In this document: positions 47,594 to 60,710 of the stretch, in pieces
Layout of the letters: every line of letters begins with the position of its first letter
Numbering within the stretch: position 1 is the stretch's first letter
NCBI GenBank assembly: GCA_964575865.1
Contig: CAZNSZ010000004.1
Coordinates: forward strand, 21,178-85,177
DNA length: 64,000 nt
Direction of reading: 5' to 3'
DNA from: an uncultured Bacteroides sp.
GTDB taxonomy: Bacteria > Bacteroidota > Bacteroidia > Bacteroidales > GCA-2748055
Notes under the pieces: model-generated
Told to the model about the DNA's origin: nothing
Seen by the model: the letters and a program-made list of their open reading frames with translations, nothing else
Database searches by the model: none
Program-made: the position numbers and the translations under genes

Positions 47594-48643
47594 TCACCGC
47601 TCCCCGTACTGCCTGTCGTAATAGGACTGGTAGGCCCCGGAAGTCACCCTTTTCATCCACTCCTGGTTTTCCAGGTACCAGCTGACGGTACGGCCCAGTC
47701 CCTCCTCGAAGGTGCACGAGGGGCTCCAGCCCAGTTCCCGCTGGATCCTCGAACTGTCTATGGCGTAACGGAGGTCATGGCCCGCCCTGTCCCTGACGAA
47801 GGTAATGAGCGAGGCGGAGGTCCCTTCGGGACGGTCCAGTTTTTCATCCATGACACGGCACAGCAGGCGAATCAGGTCGATGTTCTTCCACTCGTTCAAT
47901 CCCCCGATGTTGTAGGTCCGGCCCGTGGATCCCTTCCTGTAGATCAGCTCAATGGCAGCGGCATGATCCTCCACGTACAGCCAGTCCCGTACATTCTCCC
48001 CCTTTCCGTACACCGGGATCGGTTTCATGTGCAGGATATTGTGAATGGCCAGTGGTATCAGCTTCTCGGGAAACTGGTTGGGGCCGTAGTTGTTGGAACA
48101 ATTGGAGAGGACCACCGGAAGCCCGTAGGTGTGGTGGTATGCCCTGACCAGGTGATCCGAACTGGCCTTGGAGGCTGAATAGGGGCTTCGGGGATCATAG
48201 GGGGTTTCCTCGGTGAACAGGCCCTCCTCCCCCAGGGAGCCGTATACTTCGTCGGTGGAGATGTGATAGAAACGTTTTCCCCCGGTCTCTTTCCAGCTGC
48301 TCCTGCATGCATTCAGCAGGTTCACCGTCCCCACGATGTTGGTGTGAATGAACTCCATGGGATCGGAAATGGAGCGGTCCACATGCGATTCTGCGGCCAG
48401 GTGGATCACCGCGTCGATGGAATGTGTCCCGAAAAGCTCTTCCAGGAAAGGGGCATCGGAGATGTCCCCCCGGATGAACCGGTAATTCTCAGCTCCCTCC
48501 ACATCGGTCAGGTTTTCCAGGTTCCCGGCATAGGTGAGAACGTCCAGGTTCAGAATGAGGGCATCGGGATGGGTCCGGACCATCTTCCGAACCACATGGG
48601 ACCCGATGAAACCTGCGCCTCCCGTGATCAGAATCGTCGTCAT
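47594..48643 (-). CDS. rfbB: dTDP-glucose 4,6-dehydratase
   Basis: Start moved to the ATG at 48643 (MTTILITGGAGFIGSHVV), giving 349 aa. YSASKASSDH (YxxxK) is present. Its ATG overlaps the galE stop (ATGA). Confidence 0.9.
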   Translation of the reverse strand: MTTILITGGAGFIGSHVVRKMVRTHPDALILNLDVLTYAGNLENLTDVEGAENYRFIRGDISDAPFLEELFGTHSIDAVIHLAAESHVDRSISDPMEFIHTNIVGTVNLLNACRSSWKETGGKRFYHISTDEVYGSLGEEGLFTEETPYDPRSPYSASKASSDHLVRAYHHTYGLPVVLSNCSNNYGPNQFPEKLIPLAIHNILHMKPIPVYGKGENVRDWLYVEDHAAAIELIYRKGSTGRTYNIGGLNEWKNIDLIRLLCRVMDEKLDRPEGTSASLITFVRDRAGHDLRYAIDSSRIQRELGWSPSCTFEEGLGRTVSWYLENQEWMKRVTSGAYQSYYDRQYGER

Positions 48644-49671
48644 TTGCTCCTTTTTGCGTGGATATGCTGTTCCCATTTCCATGCCGAAAGCAGGGTCTCC
48701 TCAATCCCCCTTTCCGCCTTCCATCCCAGCTCGCGGTTGGCATAGGCAGTATCGGCATATACCTTCTCCACATCGCCCTCGCGCCTGCTCACCACCCGGT
48801 AGTTGAGTTTCTGCCCGGTCACTTTCTCAAAGGCCCTGATGATCTCAAATACCGAAAGGCCTTTCCCGGTCCCCAGGTTAAACACTTCGTAATTGCTTTT
48901 CTGCCTGCTTCCGATCAGCCGGCTGATGGCCACCACATGGGCCCTGGCCAGGTCGACCACATTGATGTAATCCCTGATGGCCGAACCGTCCGGGGTGTTG
49001 TAATCGTCCCCGAACACCCTGAGTTCTTTCCGGAGGCCAATGGCCGTCTGGGTGATAAAGGGCACCAGGTTGTTGGGGATCCCTGTGGGCAATTCGCCGA
49101 TCTCTGCAGAAGGATGGGCGCCGATGGGATTGAAATAGCGGAGGGAGATAAGGCTGAGGCCGGGTTCGGCCGCCTGGGTATCCTGCATGATCTCCTCGCA
49201 GATCTGCTTGGTGTTGCCATAGGGCGAGCTGGCCTTTTTCACGGGGGCCTGCTCGGTGACGGGAAGCGAATCGGGCTCCCCGTAAACGGTGCAGGAAGAG
49301 GAGAAGACCATCCGGGGCACCCCGTAACGCCGCATTCCTTCCATCAGGTGGATCATGGAGAGCAGGTTATTCTCATAGTACTCCAGCGGTTTTTCAACGC
49401 TTTCGCCAACAGCCTTGAATGCTGCAAAATGGATCACCGCATCCAGTCCCGGGTATTTTTCAAACACTGCAAAGGTGGCTTCCCGGTCCCTCAGGTCCAC
49501 CTCCTCAAAAGCAGGACTGACACCGGTGATCTTCCGGATCCCGTCGAGGACACTCCTGTCCGAATTGGCCAGGTTGTCCACGATGACCACCTCCATGCCC
49601 TCATTCATCAGCTCCACCACGGTGTGGGATCCAATGTATCCTGTTCCTCCTGTGACCAGTATCAGCGGCAT
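48640..49671 (-). CDS. galE: UDP-glucose 4-epimerase
   Basis: ATG at 49671 (MPLILVTGGTGYIGSHTV); the track starts at a TTG at 49680. YGNTKQICE (YxxxK) is present. About 343 aa. Confidence 0.88.
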   Translation of the reverse strand: MPLILVTGGTGYIGSHTVVELMNEGMEVVIVDNLANSDRSVLDGIRKITGVSPAFEEVDLRDREATFAVFEKYPGLDAVIHFAAFKAVGESVEKPLEYYENNLLSMIHLMEGMRRYGVPRMVFSSSCTVYGEPDSLPVTEQAPVKKASSPYGNTKQICEEIMQDTQAAEPGLSLISLRYFNPIGAHPSAEIGELPTGIPNNLVPFITQTAIGLRKELRVFGDDYNTPDGSAIRDYINVVDLARAHVVAISRLIGSRQKSNYEVFNLGTGKGLSVFEIIRAFEKVTGQKLNYRVVSRREGDVEKVYADTAYANRELGWKAERGIEETLLSAWKWEQHIHAKRSK

Positions 49672-49681
49672 CGGCTTCAAT

Positions 49682-52511
<2,830 letters not shown>

Positions 52512-52517
52512 ACCTGC

Positions 52518-53645
52518 TTACTTGAAAAATTCAATTATTTTTTCACTGATCCATTGCTGCTGCTGCTCCTCCAGCTCGGTGTGCATGGGAAGCGACAGCA
52601 CCTGCCTGCAGAGCTCTTCGGCCACGGGCAGGTCTCCCTCCCGGTATCCCAGGTCCTCGTACGCCTTCTGCAGGTGCAGGGGGACCGGGTAGTAGACCAT
52701 GGAGGGGATGCCATGTGCTTTCAGGTGCTCCCTGAGTGCATCCCGGGCCCCGCCGGGGACCTTCAGGGTGTACTGGTGGAACACATGGGTGGAGAAGGGG
52801 GAGCGGACGGGCAGCAGCACCCCTTCCACTGCGGCGAGGGCGCGGTCATAGCGGCCGGCGGCCCCCTGCCTGGCCCGGTGGTATCCTTCCAGCTCCCTGA
52901 GCTTGACCCGGAGGATGGCGGCCTGCAGGGTATCGAGCCTGGAGTTGACCCCCACATAGTCGTAATGGTACCGCTTTTTCATCCCGTGGTTCACCAGGGC
53001 CCTGAGCATCTCCGCCAGCCGGTCGTCCCGGGTGAGGAGGGCTCCGCCGTCCCCGTAACAGCCCAGGTTCTTGGAGGGGAAGAAAGAGGTGGTCCCGATG
53101 GTCCCGATGGTCCCCGCCCTCTGCCGCCTGCCGTCTTGAAACAGGTAATCGGCGCCCAGGGCCTGGGCCGTATCTTCGATAACGTGGAGGCCATGTTCAC
53201 GGGCAAGAGCCAGCAGGGGCTCCATGTGGGCGCACTGTCCGAACAGGTGGACCGGCACGATGGCCCGGGTCCGGTCCGTGATGGCGGCCCTGACCTGCTC
53301 CGGGTCCAGGTTGAAGGTATCCCCCCGCACGTCCACCATCACCGGCTTGAGTCCCAGCAAACGGATCACCTCCACCGTGGCGATAAAGGTGAACGGGGTG
53401 GTAATGACCTCGTCGCCCGGTTCCAGTCCAAGGGCCATCATGGCCACCTGGAGGGCGTCTGTGCCGTTTCCGCATGCCACCACGTGGCATCCTTCCATGT
53501 AGGCCGACAATTCCTCCTGGAAAAGGGTGACCTCCCCGCCCCTGATAAAGGCAGTGGAATCGATCACCTGCTGGATGGCACTGTCGATTTCGGGCTTGAT
53601 TCTGAGGTACTGACCATGGAGGTCAACCATCTGGATACTTTTCAT
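52518..53645 (-). CDS. wbpE: DegT/DnrJ/EryC1-family PLP aminotransferase, WbpE-like
   Basis: 375 aa. GNGTDAL and the lysine region FFPSKNLGCYGDGG are typical of sugar aminotransferases. Confidence 0.8.
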   Translation of the reverse strand: MKSIQMVDLHGQYLRIKPEIDSAIQQVIDSTAFIRGGEVTLFQEELSAYMEGCHVVACGNGTDALQVAMMALGLEPGDEVITTPFTFIATVEVIRLLGLKPVMVDVRGDTFNLDPEQVRAAITDRTRAIVPVHLFGQCAHMEPLLALAREHGLHVIEDTAQALGADYLFQDGRRQRAGTIGTIGTTSFFPSKNLGCYGDGGALLTRDDRLAEMLRALVNHGMKKRYHYDYVGVNSRLDTLQAAILRVKLRELEGYHRARQGAAGRYDRALAAVEGVLLPVRSPFSTHVFHQYTLKVPGGARDALREHLKAHGIPSMVYYPVPLHLQKAYEDLGYREGDLPVAEELCRQVLSLPMHTELEEQQQQWISEKIIEFFK

Positions 53646-53754
53646 TCTGCACTGGTCTGGAACAGTTTACGAAGATAGTAAAATTTGCGGGTTGATAATT
53701 TTTGTTTTGAAATAGCCGGCTGACTCACTACATTTACCGGACAATTTCCTGAGC

Positions 53755-54834
53755 ATGGTCATCGGAAAATACATCAGACTCCTCCTCGTTGAAGGCAAAA
53801 TGGTCGTTCTGCCCGGCTTCGGGAACCTGGAGATGAAGAAGACGGCCGGTGCGGGCACCACCGGTGAAAACCTGATGGAACCGCCCGGGCTACGGATCCG
53901 CTTTGACTCCGGATTCAGCAAGGATGACGGGAACCTGGCAGAATCAATGGCCTCCGGAGAACAGATGGATCCGGAAGAGGCAAGGCAGCAGGTCCTGGAA
54001 CTGGTGGATGCCATCAAGTTTTCCCTGGACAAGGGCGAATCCTTCCAGGTGGAGGGCGTGGGGAGTTTTACCCGCGATACCAGCGGAAAGGTTCATTTCA
54101 GAATTGACCGCGACTGGGTACTGCACCCTGAACAGTTCGGTCTTGAACCGCTGGACCTGCTGGAACTGGATGAAGAAGAGGAGATCGAGCAGGTTCCCCG
54201 GGAGCCGGTCGAAATTGGCAGCAACGAGGCATTTGCCGTTGAACCGGAGCCGTTTCAGCCCGCTCAGCGGAGGCCGCCCTCAGGAAAGCCCCCTCCCCGT
54301 GCAGCTGCTGTGAGGAGTGATCTGAAGGAACGAAGGGCAGGCCGGTGGCGCACCATATGGATGGTGGCAGGTGTGCTGATCATCATCCTGGTGGTCCTGA
54401 TCATGATCCCCACCGACAAACTGAATATCCCCGGTCGCATGGCGGTCCCCCCGCCGGTCACCTCCCCGCCGGGTCCGGAAGGGACCGCAGCTTCCCCCCG
54501 GGATGCTGAGGAAGCAGGAGAAGGAGCCGATTTTGAGCGCCTGACCCCCGAAAGCCTGGGTACTGAAGAGACCGGGGGTAACGAGCGGCAACCCCCTGAT
54601 GCCGAAATGAACAAATACTTCCTGATCGCCGGGAGTTTCAGTCACCTTAAAAATGCCAGTGACCTGCAGGATCAGCTGAAGTCCAGGGGAGTGGATGCCG
54701 AGGTGATGATCACGGAGAACCGCATGTACCGGGTGAGTGTGGGTGGTTTCGCCACCATCGGAGAGGCGGAGTCGGAACTGGCCCGCATGAAATCGAAGCC
54801 CGGTCTTGAATCCTGCTGGATCCTATCCAACTGA
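53755..54834 (+). CDS. SPOR-domain membrane protein with an HU-like N-terminal domain
   Basis: 359 aa. N-terminus resembles the bacterial HU/CCDC81-type fold (GKMVVLPGFGNLEMKK...FQVEGVGSFTRD). Acidic/proline linker, TM helix WMVAGVLIIILVVLIMI, and a C-terminal SPOR domain (YFLIAGSFSHLKNA...YRVSVGGF). Confidence 0.65.
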   Translation: MVIGKYIRLLLVEGKMVVLPGFGNLEMKKTAGAGTTGENLMEPPGLRIRFDSGFSKDDGNLAESMASGEQMDPEEARQQVLELVDAIKFSLDKGESFQVEGVGSFTRDTSGKVHFRIDRDWVLHPEQFGLEPLDLLELDEEEEIEQVPREPVEIGSNEAFAVEPEPFQPAQRRPPSGKPPPRAAAVRSDLKERRAGRWRTIWMVAGVLIIILVVLIMIPTDKLNIPGRMAVPPPVTSPPGPEGTAASPRDAEEAGEGADFERLTPESLGTEETGGNERQPPDAEMNKYFLIAGSFSHLKNASDLQDQLKSRGVDAEVMITENRMYRVSVGGFATIGEAESELARMKSKPGLESCWILSN

Positions 54835-54836
54835 GA

Positions 54837-56873
54837 TCAGTTGATCTCGGATCCGTTCACCGCCTCATGGGACGGCTGGACAAAATGCAGCGAACCATCA
54901 GGGTTTTCAGACAAAAGCAACATTCCCTTTGATTCAATGCCCTTGATGGTGCGTGGCGCCAGGTTGGCCAGCACAGTCACGCGCTTCCCGGGCAGCGATC
55001 CGGCATCATGGTATTCCGCGATACCCGAAACAATGGTCCGGACCTCAAAGCCAAGGTCCACTTTCATCCGGATCAGCTTCTTGGTCTTGGGTACCTTTTC
55101 CGCTTCGAGGATCGTCCCGGTCCTCAGATCCATCCTGGTGAATTCATCAAAGGAGATCTCCTCCTTGAGGGGGTTGGTTTCAGGGGCCGGTTCGGCTGTT
55201 TCACGGTTTTTGATGAGTTTTCCAAGCTGGGCTTCTATTTCCTCATCACCGATCTTATCGAAAAGCAGGGAAGCCTCCGCCAGCCGGTGTCCGGGCTCCA
55301 GCAGTTCATGATTCCCTGCAGCGGCCCATGAACGTTCGCTGAACTGCAGGAATCCCCTCAGTTTCTCCATGGAGAAGGGCAGGAACGGATCCAGTACGAG
55401 GGTCAGGTTGGCCGTGATCTGCAGGGCGACGTTCAGGATGGTCTTTACCCGGTTCTCATCGGTTTTGATCAGCTTCCAGGGTTCGGTGTCGGCCAGGTAT
55501 TTGTTTCCCAGCCGGGCCAGGTCCATGGCATTTTTCACCGCCTCCCTGAAACGGAACTGTTCAAGGCTTTGCTCCACCGCCCTGCCGATGGCCCCGATCC
55601 CTTCCAGGACCTCCCTGTCGGATTCCAGAAGGGTGGTCACTTCCGGGACCATTCCCCTGAAATACTTGTGGGTAAGTACGATGGCCCTGTTTACAAAATT
55701 ACCCAGAATGGCCACCAGCTCGTTGTTGTTCCGGTTCTGAAAATCCTTCCAGGTGAAATCGTTGTCCTTGCTTTCCGGTGCATTGGCACAGAGCACGTAC
55801 CTCAGCACATCCTGCTTGCCCGGGAAATCGGTCAGGTACTCGTGCAGCCAGACCGCCCAGTTGCGGGAGGTTGAGATCTTATCGTTCTCCAGGTTGAGGA
55901 ATTCGTTGGCCGGCACATTGTCGGGCAGGATGAAGCTTCCCTCCGTTTTAAGCATGGTGGGGAAGATGATGCAGTGAAAGACAATGTTGTCTTTTCCGAT
56001 AAAGTGAACCATGCGAGTCTCCTCATCTTTCCAGTATTTCTCCCAGTCGGGGGTAAGTTCCTTGGTGGCCGAAATGTATCCGATGGGCGCATCGAACCAG
56101 ACATAGAGCACCTTGCCGTCGGCTCCCTCCACAGGAACGGGGACCCCCCAGTCCAGGTCCCTGCTCACGGCCCTGGGCTGCAGGCCCTGGTCGAGCCACG
56201 ATTTGCACTGCCCGTACACGTTTGGCTTCCACTCTTTGTGTTCCTCCAGGATCCACTCCCGGAGCCACGATTCGTACCGGTCCAGGGGCAGGTACCAGTG
56301 CCGGGTTTCCCGGAGTACCGGCTGACTGCCGCTGATGGTGGAAACCGGGTTGATCAGTTCGGTTGGGCTCAGCGAAGTCCCGCACTGTTCGCACTGGTCA
56401 CCGTAGGCCGAAGGATTTCCGCAGTGGGGACAGGTTCCGGTGATGTAGCGGTCGGCCAGGAATGCATTGGCCTCCGCATCGAAATACTGCTCTGTGGATT
56501 TTTCAACGAAGATGCCCTTGTCGTAAAGGGTCCGGAAAAATTCAGAGGCGGTTTCGTGGTGGACCTTGTTGGAGGTACGCGAATAGATATCGAATGAGAT
56601 CCCGAAATCTTCAAATGCTTTCTTGTTGAGGGCATGGTACCGGTCGACCACCTCCTGGGGGGAGGAGCCTTCGTTCCGTGCCTTGAGGGTGATGGGCACC
56701 CCGTGTTCGTCCGAGCCGCAGATGGAGATCACATCGCGTCCCTGCTGGCGCAGGTACCGCACATAAATATCGGAAGGGACATAGACCCCTGCCAGGTGTC
56801 CCAGGTGAATGGGCCCGTTGGCATAGGGCAGGGCAGAGGTGACCAGGGTACGTTTGTAGTTTTTCTGAGCCAT
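54837..56873 (-). CDS. metG: methionyl-tRNA synthetase (with C-terminal tRNA-binding domain)
   Basis: Start moved to the ATG at 56873 ([33 protein letters not shown] motif). Zn knuckle CPHCG...CEQCG, KISTS (KMSKS motif) and an EMAP-like C-terminus. Confidence 0.96.
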   Translation of the reverse strand: MAQKNYKRTLVTSALPYANGPIHLGHLAGVYVPSDIYVRYLRQQGRDVISICGSDEHGVPITLKARNEGSSPQEVVDRYHALNKKAFEDFGISFDIYSRTSNKVHHETASEFFRTLYDKGIFVEKSTEQYFDAEANAFLADRYITGTCPHCGNPSAYGDQCEQCGTSLSPTELINPVSTISGSQPVLRETRHWYLPLDRYESWLREWILEEHKEWKPNVYGQCKSWLDQGLQPRAVSRDLDWGVPVPVEGADGKVLYVWFDAPIGYISATKELTPDWEKYWKDEETRMVHFIGKDNIVFHCIIFPTMLKTEGSFILPDNVPANEFLNLENDKISTSRNWAVWLHEYLTDFPGKQDVLRYVLCANAPESKDNDFTWKDFQNRNNNELVAILGNFVNRAIVLTHKYFRGMVPEVTTLLESDREVLEGIGAIGRAVEQSLEQFRFREAVKNAMDLARLGNKYLADTEPWKLIKTDENRVKTILNVALQITANLTLVLDPFLPFSMEKLRGFLQFSERSWAAAGNHELLEPGHRLAEASLLFDKIGDEEIEAQLGKLIKNRETAEPAPETNPLKEEISFDEFTRMDLRTGTILEAEKVPKTKKLIRMKVDLGFEVRTIVSGIAEYHDAGSLPGKRVTVLANLAPRTIKGIESKGMLLLSENPDGSLHFVQPSHEAVNGSEIN

Positions 56874-56998
56874 GGATCGTTGCATTGGGATCGCACAAAG
56901 ATAATGATAAATAACAGTCATCAAACGGCTGATCAGCAGGCTCCCGGCACATACACCCGGGGGAGGGGACAGGAACCCTCCCGGTAAAATCCAACTCC

Positions 56999-57361
56999 AT
57001 GAACAACTGGAACAAAGGGCAGCATGCCGAAAAACTGGCGGCCCGGTACCTGAGGTGCCGGGGGTATCACATCTGGAGAACCAACTGGAGGTATGGAAGG
57101 AAGGAGCTGGACCTGGTGGCCCGCTACAGGGGGGAACTGGTGATCGTGGAGGTGAAGTCCCGGGAACGAAACGGGGTAAACCTTCCCTCGGAGGTGGTGG
57201 ACCGCCGGAAGCAACGGAACATTGTCATGGCCACCGAAGCGTTCATCCGGATCCACCACCTCCGGATGCCCACCAGGTTCGACGTGATCGCAGTAAGCTA
57301 CGATGATTCGGGAGCCTCCATCGAACATACCGAGAACGCCTTTTACCCGGAGGCGGAATAA
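56999..57361 (+). CDS. yraN: YraN-family (UPF0102) endonuclease-like protein
   Basis: 120 aa. [12 protein letters not shown]...ELDLVA...VIVEVKSR pattern. Confidence 0.85.
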   Translation: MNNWNKGQHAEKLAARYLRCRGYHIWRTNWRYGRKELDLVARYRGELVIVEVKSRERNGVNLPSEVVDRRKQRNIVMATEAFIRIHHLRMPTRFDVIAVSYDDSGASIEHTENAFYPEAE

Positions 57362-57455
57362 TCCTCCGGTGCGCACGTCTTAATACCCGGGGATATGACC
57401 GCTATGCAGGAGAACATTGTTACCTTTAGGAGCCGTAAACCAAAGACCAGTCGAC

Positions 57456-58988
57456 ATGAAAGCAAGAATGCTGCTGGTGATCCTGGTGGCAGGATCCCTC
57501 ATCCACACCCGTTGCCAGTCATCCGCTCCCGGATTCAAAGCCACCATTACCGTATCGGAGGAGCTTCAGGACCTGTTCAGTCCGGATGGAAGAATCTTCC
57601 TGTTTTTCAGCCAGAACCAGTGGGCAGAACCCAGGACCCAGACATGGCCCGGTCCGTGGACACAGGGGGAGTACTTCGCAGCCAGCCTGGAGGGCGTGGA
57701 CGGAACGAATGCCATTGTGCTGGACGGATCCGAAGGGTGGACCGGGACTGCTGCATACGCCCTGGAGGAGGTCCCGCCGGGGGAGTACCGCCTGCAGGTG
57801 CTCTGGGACCAGGACAGGGAGGAATCGGGGATCAATGCGCCCGGCAACCTCTACAGTGAAGTGGTCACGGCGCAGATCGGGCAACCGGTGGAACTGCAAC
57901 TGGAACTGAACCGACAGATCGGGGAAAGGAAGGTCATTGAGCACCCGCTGGTCAGGGAGGTGGAGCTGGCGAGCGATACCCTTTCCGCCTGGTGGGGACG
58001 GCCGGTGCATGTAAAAGCCTCGGTCCTGTTGCCGGCCGGCTACAGGGAGGGATCGGGCCGCGCTTACCCCGTCCGGTATCATGTGGCGGGATACGGGGGA
58101 AGGTATACCCGGGTGAATCAGCTGACGGCAGACAATGATTTCATGGCGTGGTGGACTTCGGAAGAAGCTCCGCAGATCATCAATGTGTTCCTGGACGGGG
58201 AGGGTCCGTTCGGGGACAGTTACCAGATGGATTCGGAGAACAGCGGACCCTACGGGTATTCCCTGATCCATGAACTGATCCCCCTGATCGAGTCCCGGTA
58301 CCGGGGTACCGGCGATCCGGCGACGCGGTTCGTGGACGGCTGCTCCACAGGCGGGTGGGTCTCCCTGGCCCTCCAGCTGTTCTACCCGGACCATTTTAAC
58401 GGCGCTTTCTCCTACAGTCCGGATGCCGTTGATTTCTCGAATTACCAGCTGATCAACATATACAGGGACGGGAATGCCTTTGTCAACGAATACGGACTGA
58501 CCCGTCCGATCATGCGTGATGTGATGGGCGAACCCATGGTTTCGTGGGAGAAATTCGTGCAATACGAGAACGTACTCGGTGCTTCCGGCACCTACCTGAA
58601 TTCAGGGGGTCAGATCGGTTCCCATACGGCCCTTTACAGCCCGAGCGGCGGGAACGGCCTGCCCAGGCCGCTGATCGATCCGCAAACGGGCGGGATCGAC
58701 CAGGAAGTGGCGGAGCACTGGAAGAAGTACGATCTCAGGCTCCACTGCCAGCAGAACTGGGAGGTGCTGGGCCCGAAACTGCAGGGGAAGATCTTCATCT
58801 GGATGGGGGATATGGACCACTTCTATCTCAACACGGCCACCAGGTCCTTCGCCGAATTTATCGCCCAGACGCAGAATCCGGCATCAGATGCGGAGATCAT
58901 CTTCACCCCCATGGAGGGACACTGCTCCCTCTACGATCACCGGACGGTGCTGGAGAAGATGCAGGAACGGCTGGAGAAGATTCAGTAG
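57456..58988 (+). CDS. secreted alpha/beta-hydrolase (esterase D / enterochelin-esterase-like)
   Basis: Start moved to the ATG at 57456 (MKARMLLVILVAGSLIHTRC). An N-terminal beta-rich domain is followed by an esterase core with the nucleophile elbow GCSTGG and ...YPDHFNGAFSYSPD. Confidence 0.6.
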   Translation: MKARMLLVILVAGSLIHTRCQSSAPGFKATITVSEELQDLFSPDGRIFLFFSQNQWAEPRTQTWPGPWTQGEYFAASLEGVDGTNAIVLDGSEGWTGTAAYALEEVPPGEYRLQVLWDQDREESGINAPGNLYSEVVTAQIGQPVELQLELNRQIGERKVIEHPLVREVELASDTLSAWWGRPVHVKASVLLPAGYREGSGRAYPVRYHVAGYGGRYTRVNQLTADNDFMAWWTSEEAPQIINVFLDGEGPFGDSYQMDSENSGPYGYSLIHELIPLIESRYRGTGDPATRFVDGCSTGGWVSLALQLFYPDHFNGAFSYSPDAVDFSNYQLINIYRDGNAFVNEYGLTRPIMRDVMGEPMVSWEKFVQYENVLGASGTYLNSGGQIGSHTALYSPSGGNGLPRPLIDPQTGGIDQEVAEHWKKYDLRLHCQQNWEVLGPKLQGKIFIWMGDMDHFYLNTATRSFAEFIAQTQNPASDAEIIFTPMEGHCSLYDHRTVLEKMQERLEKIQ

Positions 58989-59038
58989 CGGCTGGAAAGC
59001 ACTCAGGAGCTTCAGTAGAAGATGAAGCCCTGATTGCC

Positions 59039-60469
59039 CTATTCCCATTCCGTGTGGAACACGCCGTCCATATCGGTCCGCCTGTAGGTATGCGCTCCGA
59101 AGTAATCCCGCTGTGCCTGAATCAGTGAGGCGGGCAGTTTCTCGCGCCGGATCGCCTCGAAATAGGAGAGCGAGGCGGTCATGGCCGGCAGGGAGATCCC
59201 TGCACCGACAGCGGCGGCCACCACCTCCCTCCATTCATCGAGCCGCTCCCTGATCTGATCGCTGAATGACGGGTGGACAAGCAGGTTCTGAAGATCCGGC
59301 TGATCTTCGAATGCGGTCTTGATCAGGTCCAGGAAATCGGCACGGATGATGCATCCCCCCCTCCAGATGCCGGCAATGCGGGCCAGGTTGAGCCCGTAAC
59401 CGTATTCGGCAGAGGCGATCCGCAGCAGAGCGAACCCCTGGGCATAGGAGCATATTTTTGAGTTGTACAGGGCATCCCCGATCTTCCTGACCCATTCGGA
59501 GTGGTCACCCGGGATGGCCTTTACCCCTGTGGGGAATATGGATTGGGCCAGTGTGCGCTCCCCGGTCAGGGAGGAGAGGGCCCTTCCGTGCAGGGCAGCG
59601 ACGATGGTGGGAATGGGTTCCCCCAGGGTCAGGGCCGCCTGACTGGTCCAGGTCCCGGTCCCCTTCATTCCGGCCTGGTCCAGGATGCTGTCGATCAGCA
59701 TTCCCTTTTTCCGGTCATCGGGGAAGTTGACGATCCTTGAAGTGATCCCGATCAGGTAGCTGCTCAGCTCCCCCCGGTTCCAGGTATGGAATGCTTCAGC
59801 GATGGCATCCGGGGTCATGCCGAGTCCGTGGCGCATCATGTCATAAGCTTCTGCAATCAGCTGCATGTCCCCGTATTCGATCCCGTTGTGGACCATCTTT
59901 ACAAAATGCCCGGCGCTCCCCTTGCCCATATAAGCCACACAGGGGGAGCCGTCACCTGCCCTGGCCGCGATCATCTCCAGCATCGGGCTGACGAAGTGGT
60001 AGGTTCCCTGGTCACCTCCCGGCATCATACTGGGTCCCCACAGCGCCCCCTGCTCGCCACCGCTCACGCCCATGCCCATGAACTGGATCCCTGTCCCTTC
60101 CAGGAAAGCGATCCTGCGGTCCGTATCTGAAAAGTGGCTGTTCCCGCCATCGATCAGGATGTCACCCGGCTCCAGGAAGGGTTTAAGGGCTTCGATCACT
60201 GCATCGATCGCCTTTCCGGCGGTAACCATGATCAGGATCCTTCTGGGCCGTTCAAGGGCACTCACAAATTCGAAAACGGTGCGCGCAGGAGTGAACCGCT
60301 GCCCGGGTTTCACACCGGCCATAAACTGCTCGGTGAGATCGTAGGTATAATTGAATACGACGGCCGGATAACCGTTGCGCTCCAGGTTCCTGGCCAGGCT
60401 GGCCCCCATCACTCCCAGGCCGAATATGCCAATGTTGTGATGCATTTCTGGTTGTTTCTTTTGATCCAT
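59039..60469 (-). CDS. gnd: 6-phosphogluconate dehydrogenase (decarboxylating)
   Basis: 476 aa. IGIFGLGVMGASLARN Rossmann motif, GDGSPCVAYMGKGSAGHFVKMVHNGIEYGDMQ block and C-terminal QRDYFGAHTY. Confidence 0.96.
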   Translation of the reverse strand: MDQKKQPEMHHNIGIFGLGVMGASLARNLERNGYPAVVFNYTYDLTEQFMAGVKPGQRFTPARTVFEFVSALERPRRILIMVTAGKAIDAVIEALKPFLEPGDILIDGGNSHFSDTDRRIAFLEGTGIQFMGMGVSGGEQGALWGPSMMPGGDQGTYHFVSPMLEMIAARAGDGSPCVAYMGKGSAGHFVKMVHNGIEYGDMQLIAEAYDMMRHGLGMTPDAIAEAFHTWNRGELSSYLIGITSRIVNFPDDRKKGMLIDSILDQAGMKGTGTWTSQAALTLGEPIPTIVAALHGRALSSLTGERTLAQSIFPTGVKAIPGDHSEWVRKIGDALYNSKICSYAQGFALLRIASAEYGYGLNLARIAGIWRGGCIIRADFLDLIKTAFEDQPDLQNLLVHPSFSDQIRERLDEWREVVAAAVGAGISLPAMTASLSYFEAIRREKLPASLIQAQRDYFGAHTYRRTDMDGVFHTEWE

Positions 60470-60710
60470 GATCAGGTTAAATTAATCAAAAATCCCGGAT
60501 CTATCTGGGTGTTTCTCATCATGTCAGGCCCTCCGGCTCTTCAATTTTTCGTATATTTTATTGTTCCGGCCACAGTTTCTCCGACATGGCGGTGCAGAAA
60601 AATACGATCACACGGGCATACAGCCATCCGCGCTGTGCTGCCCCCACTGTCCTGCAAGGATACTGCGGGGCATGGTACCAAACAAGTCTTTCCAAAACCC
60701 TTCACACCAT

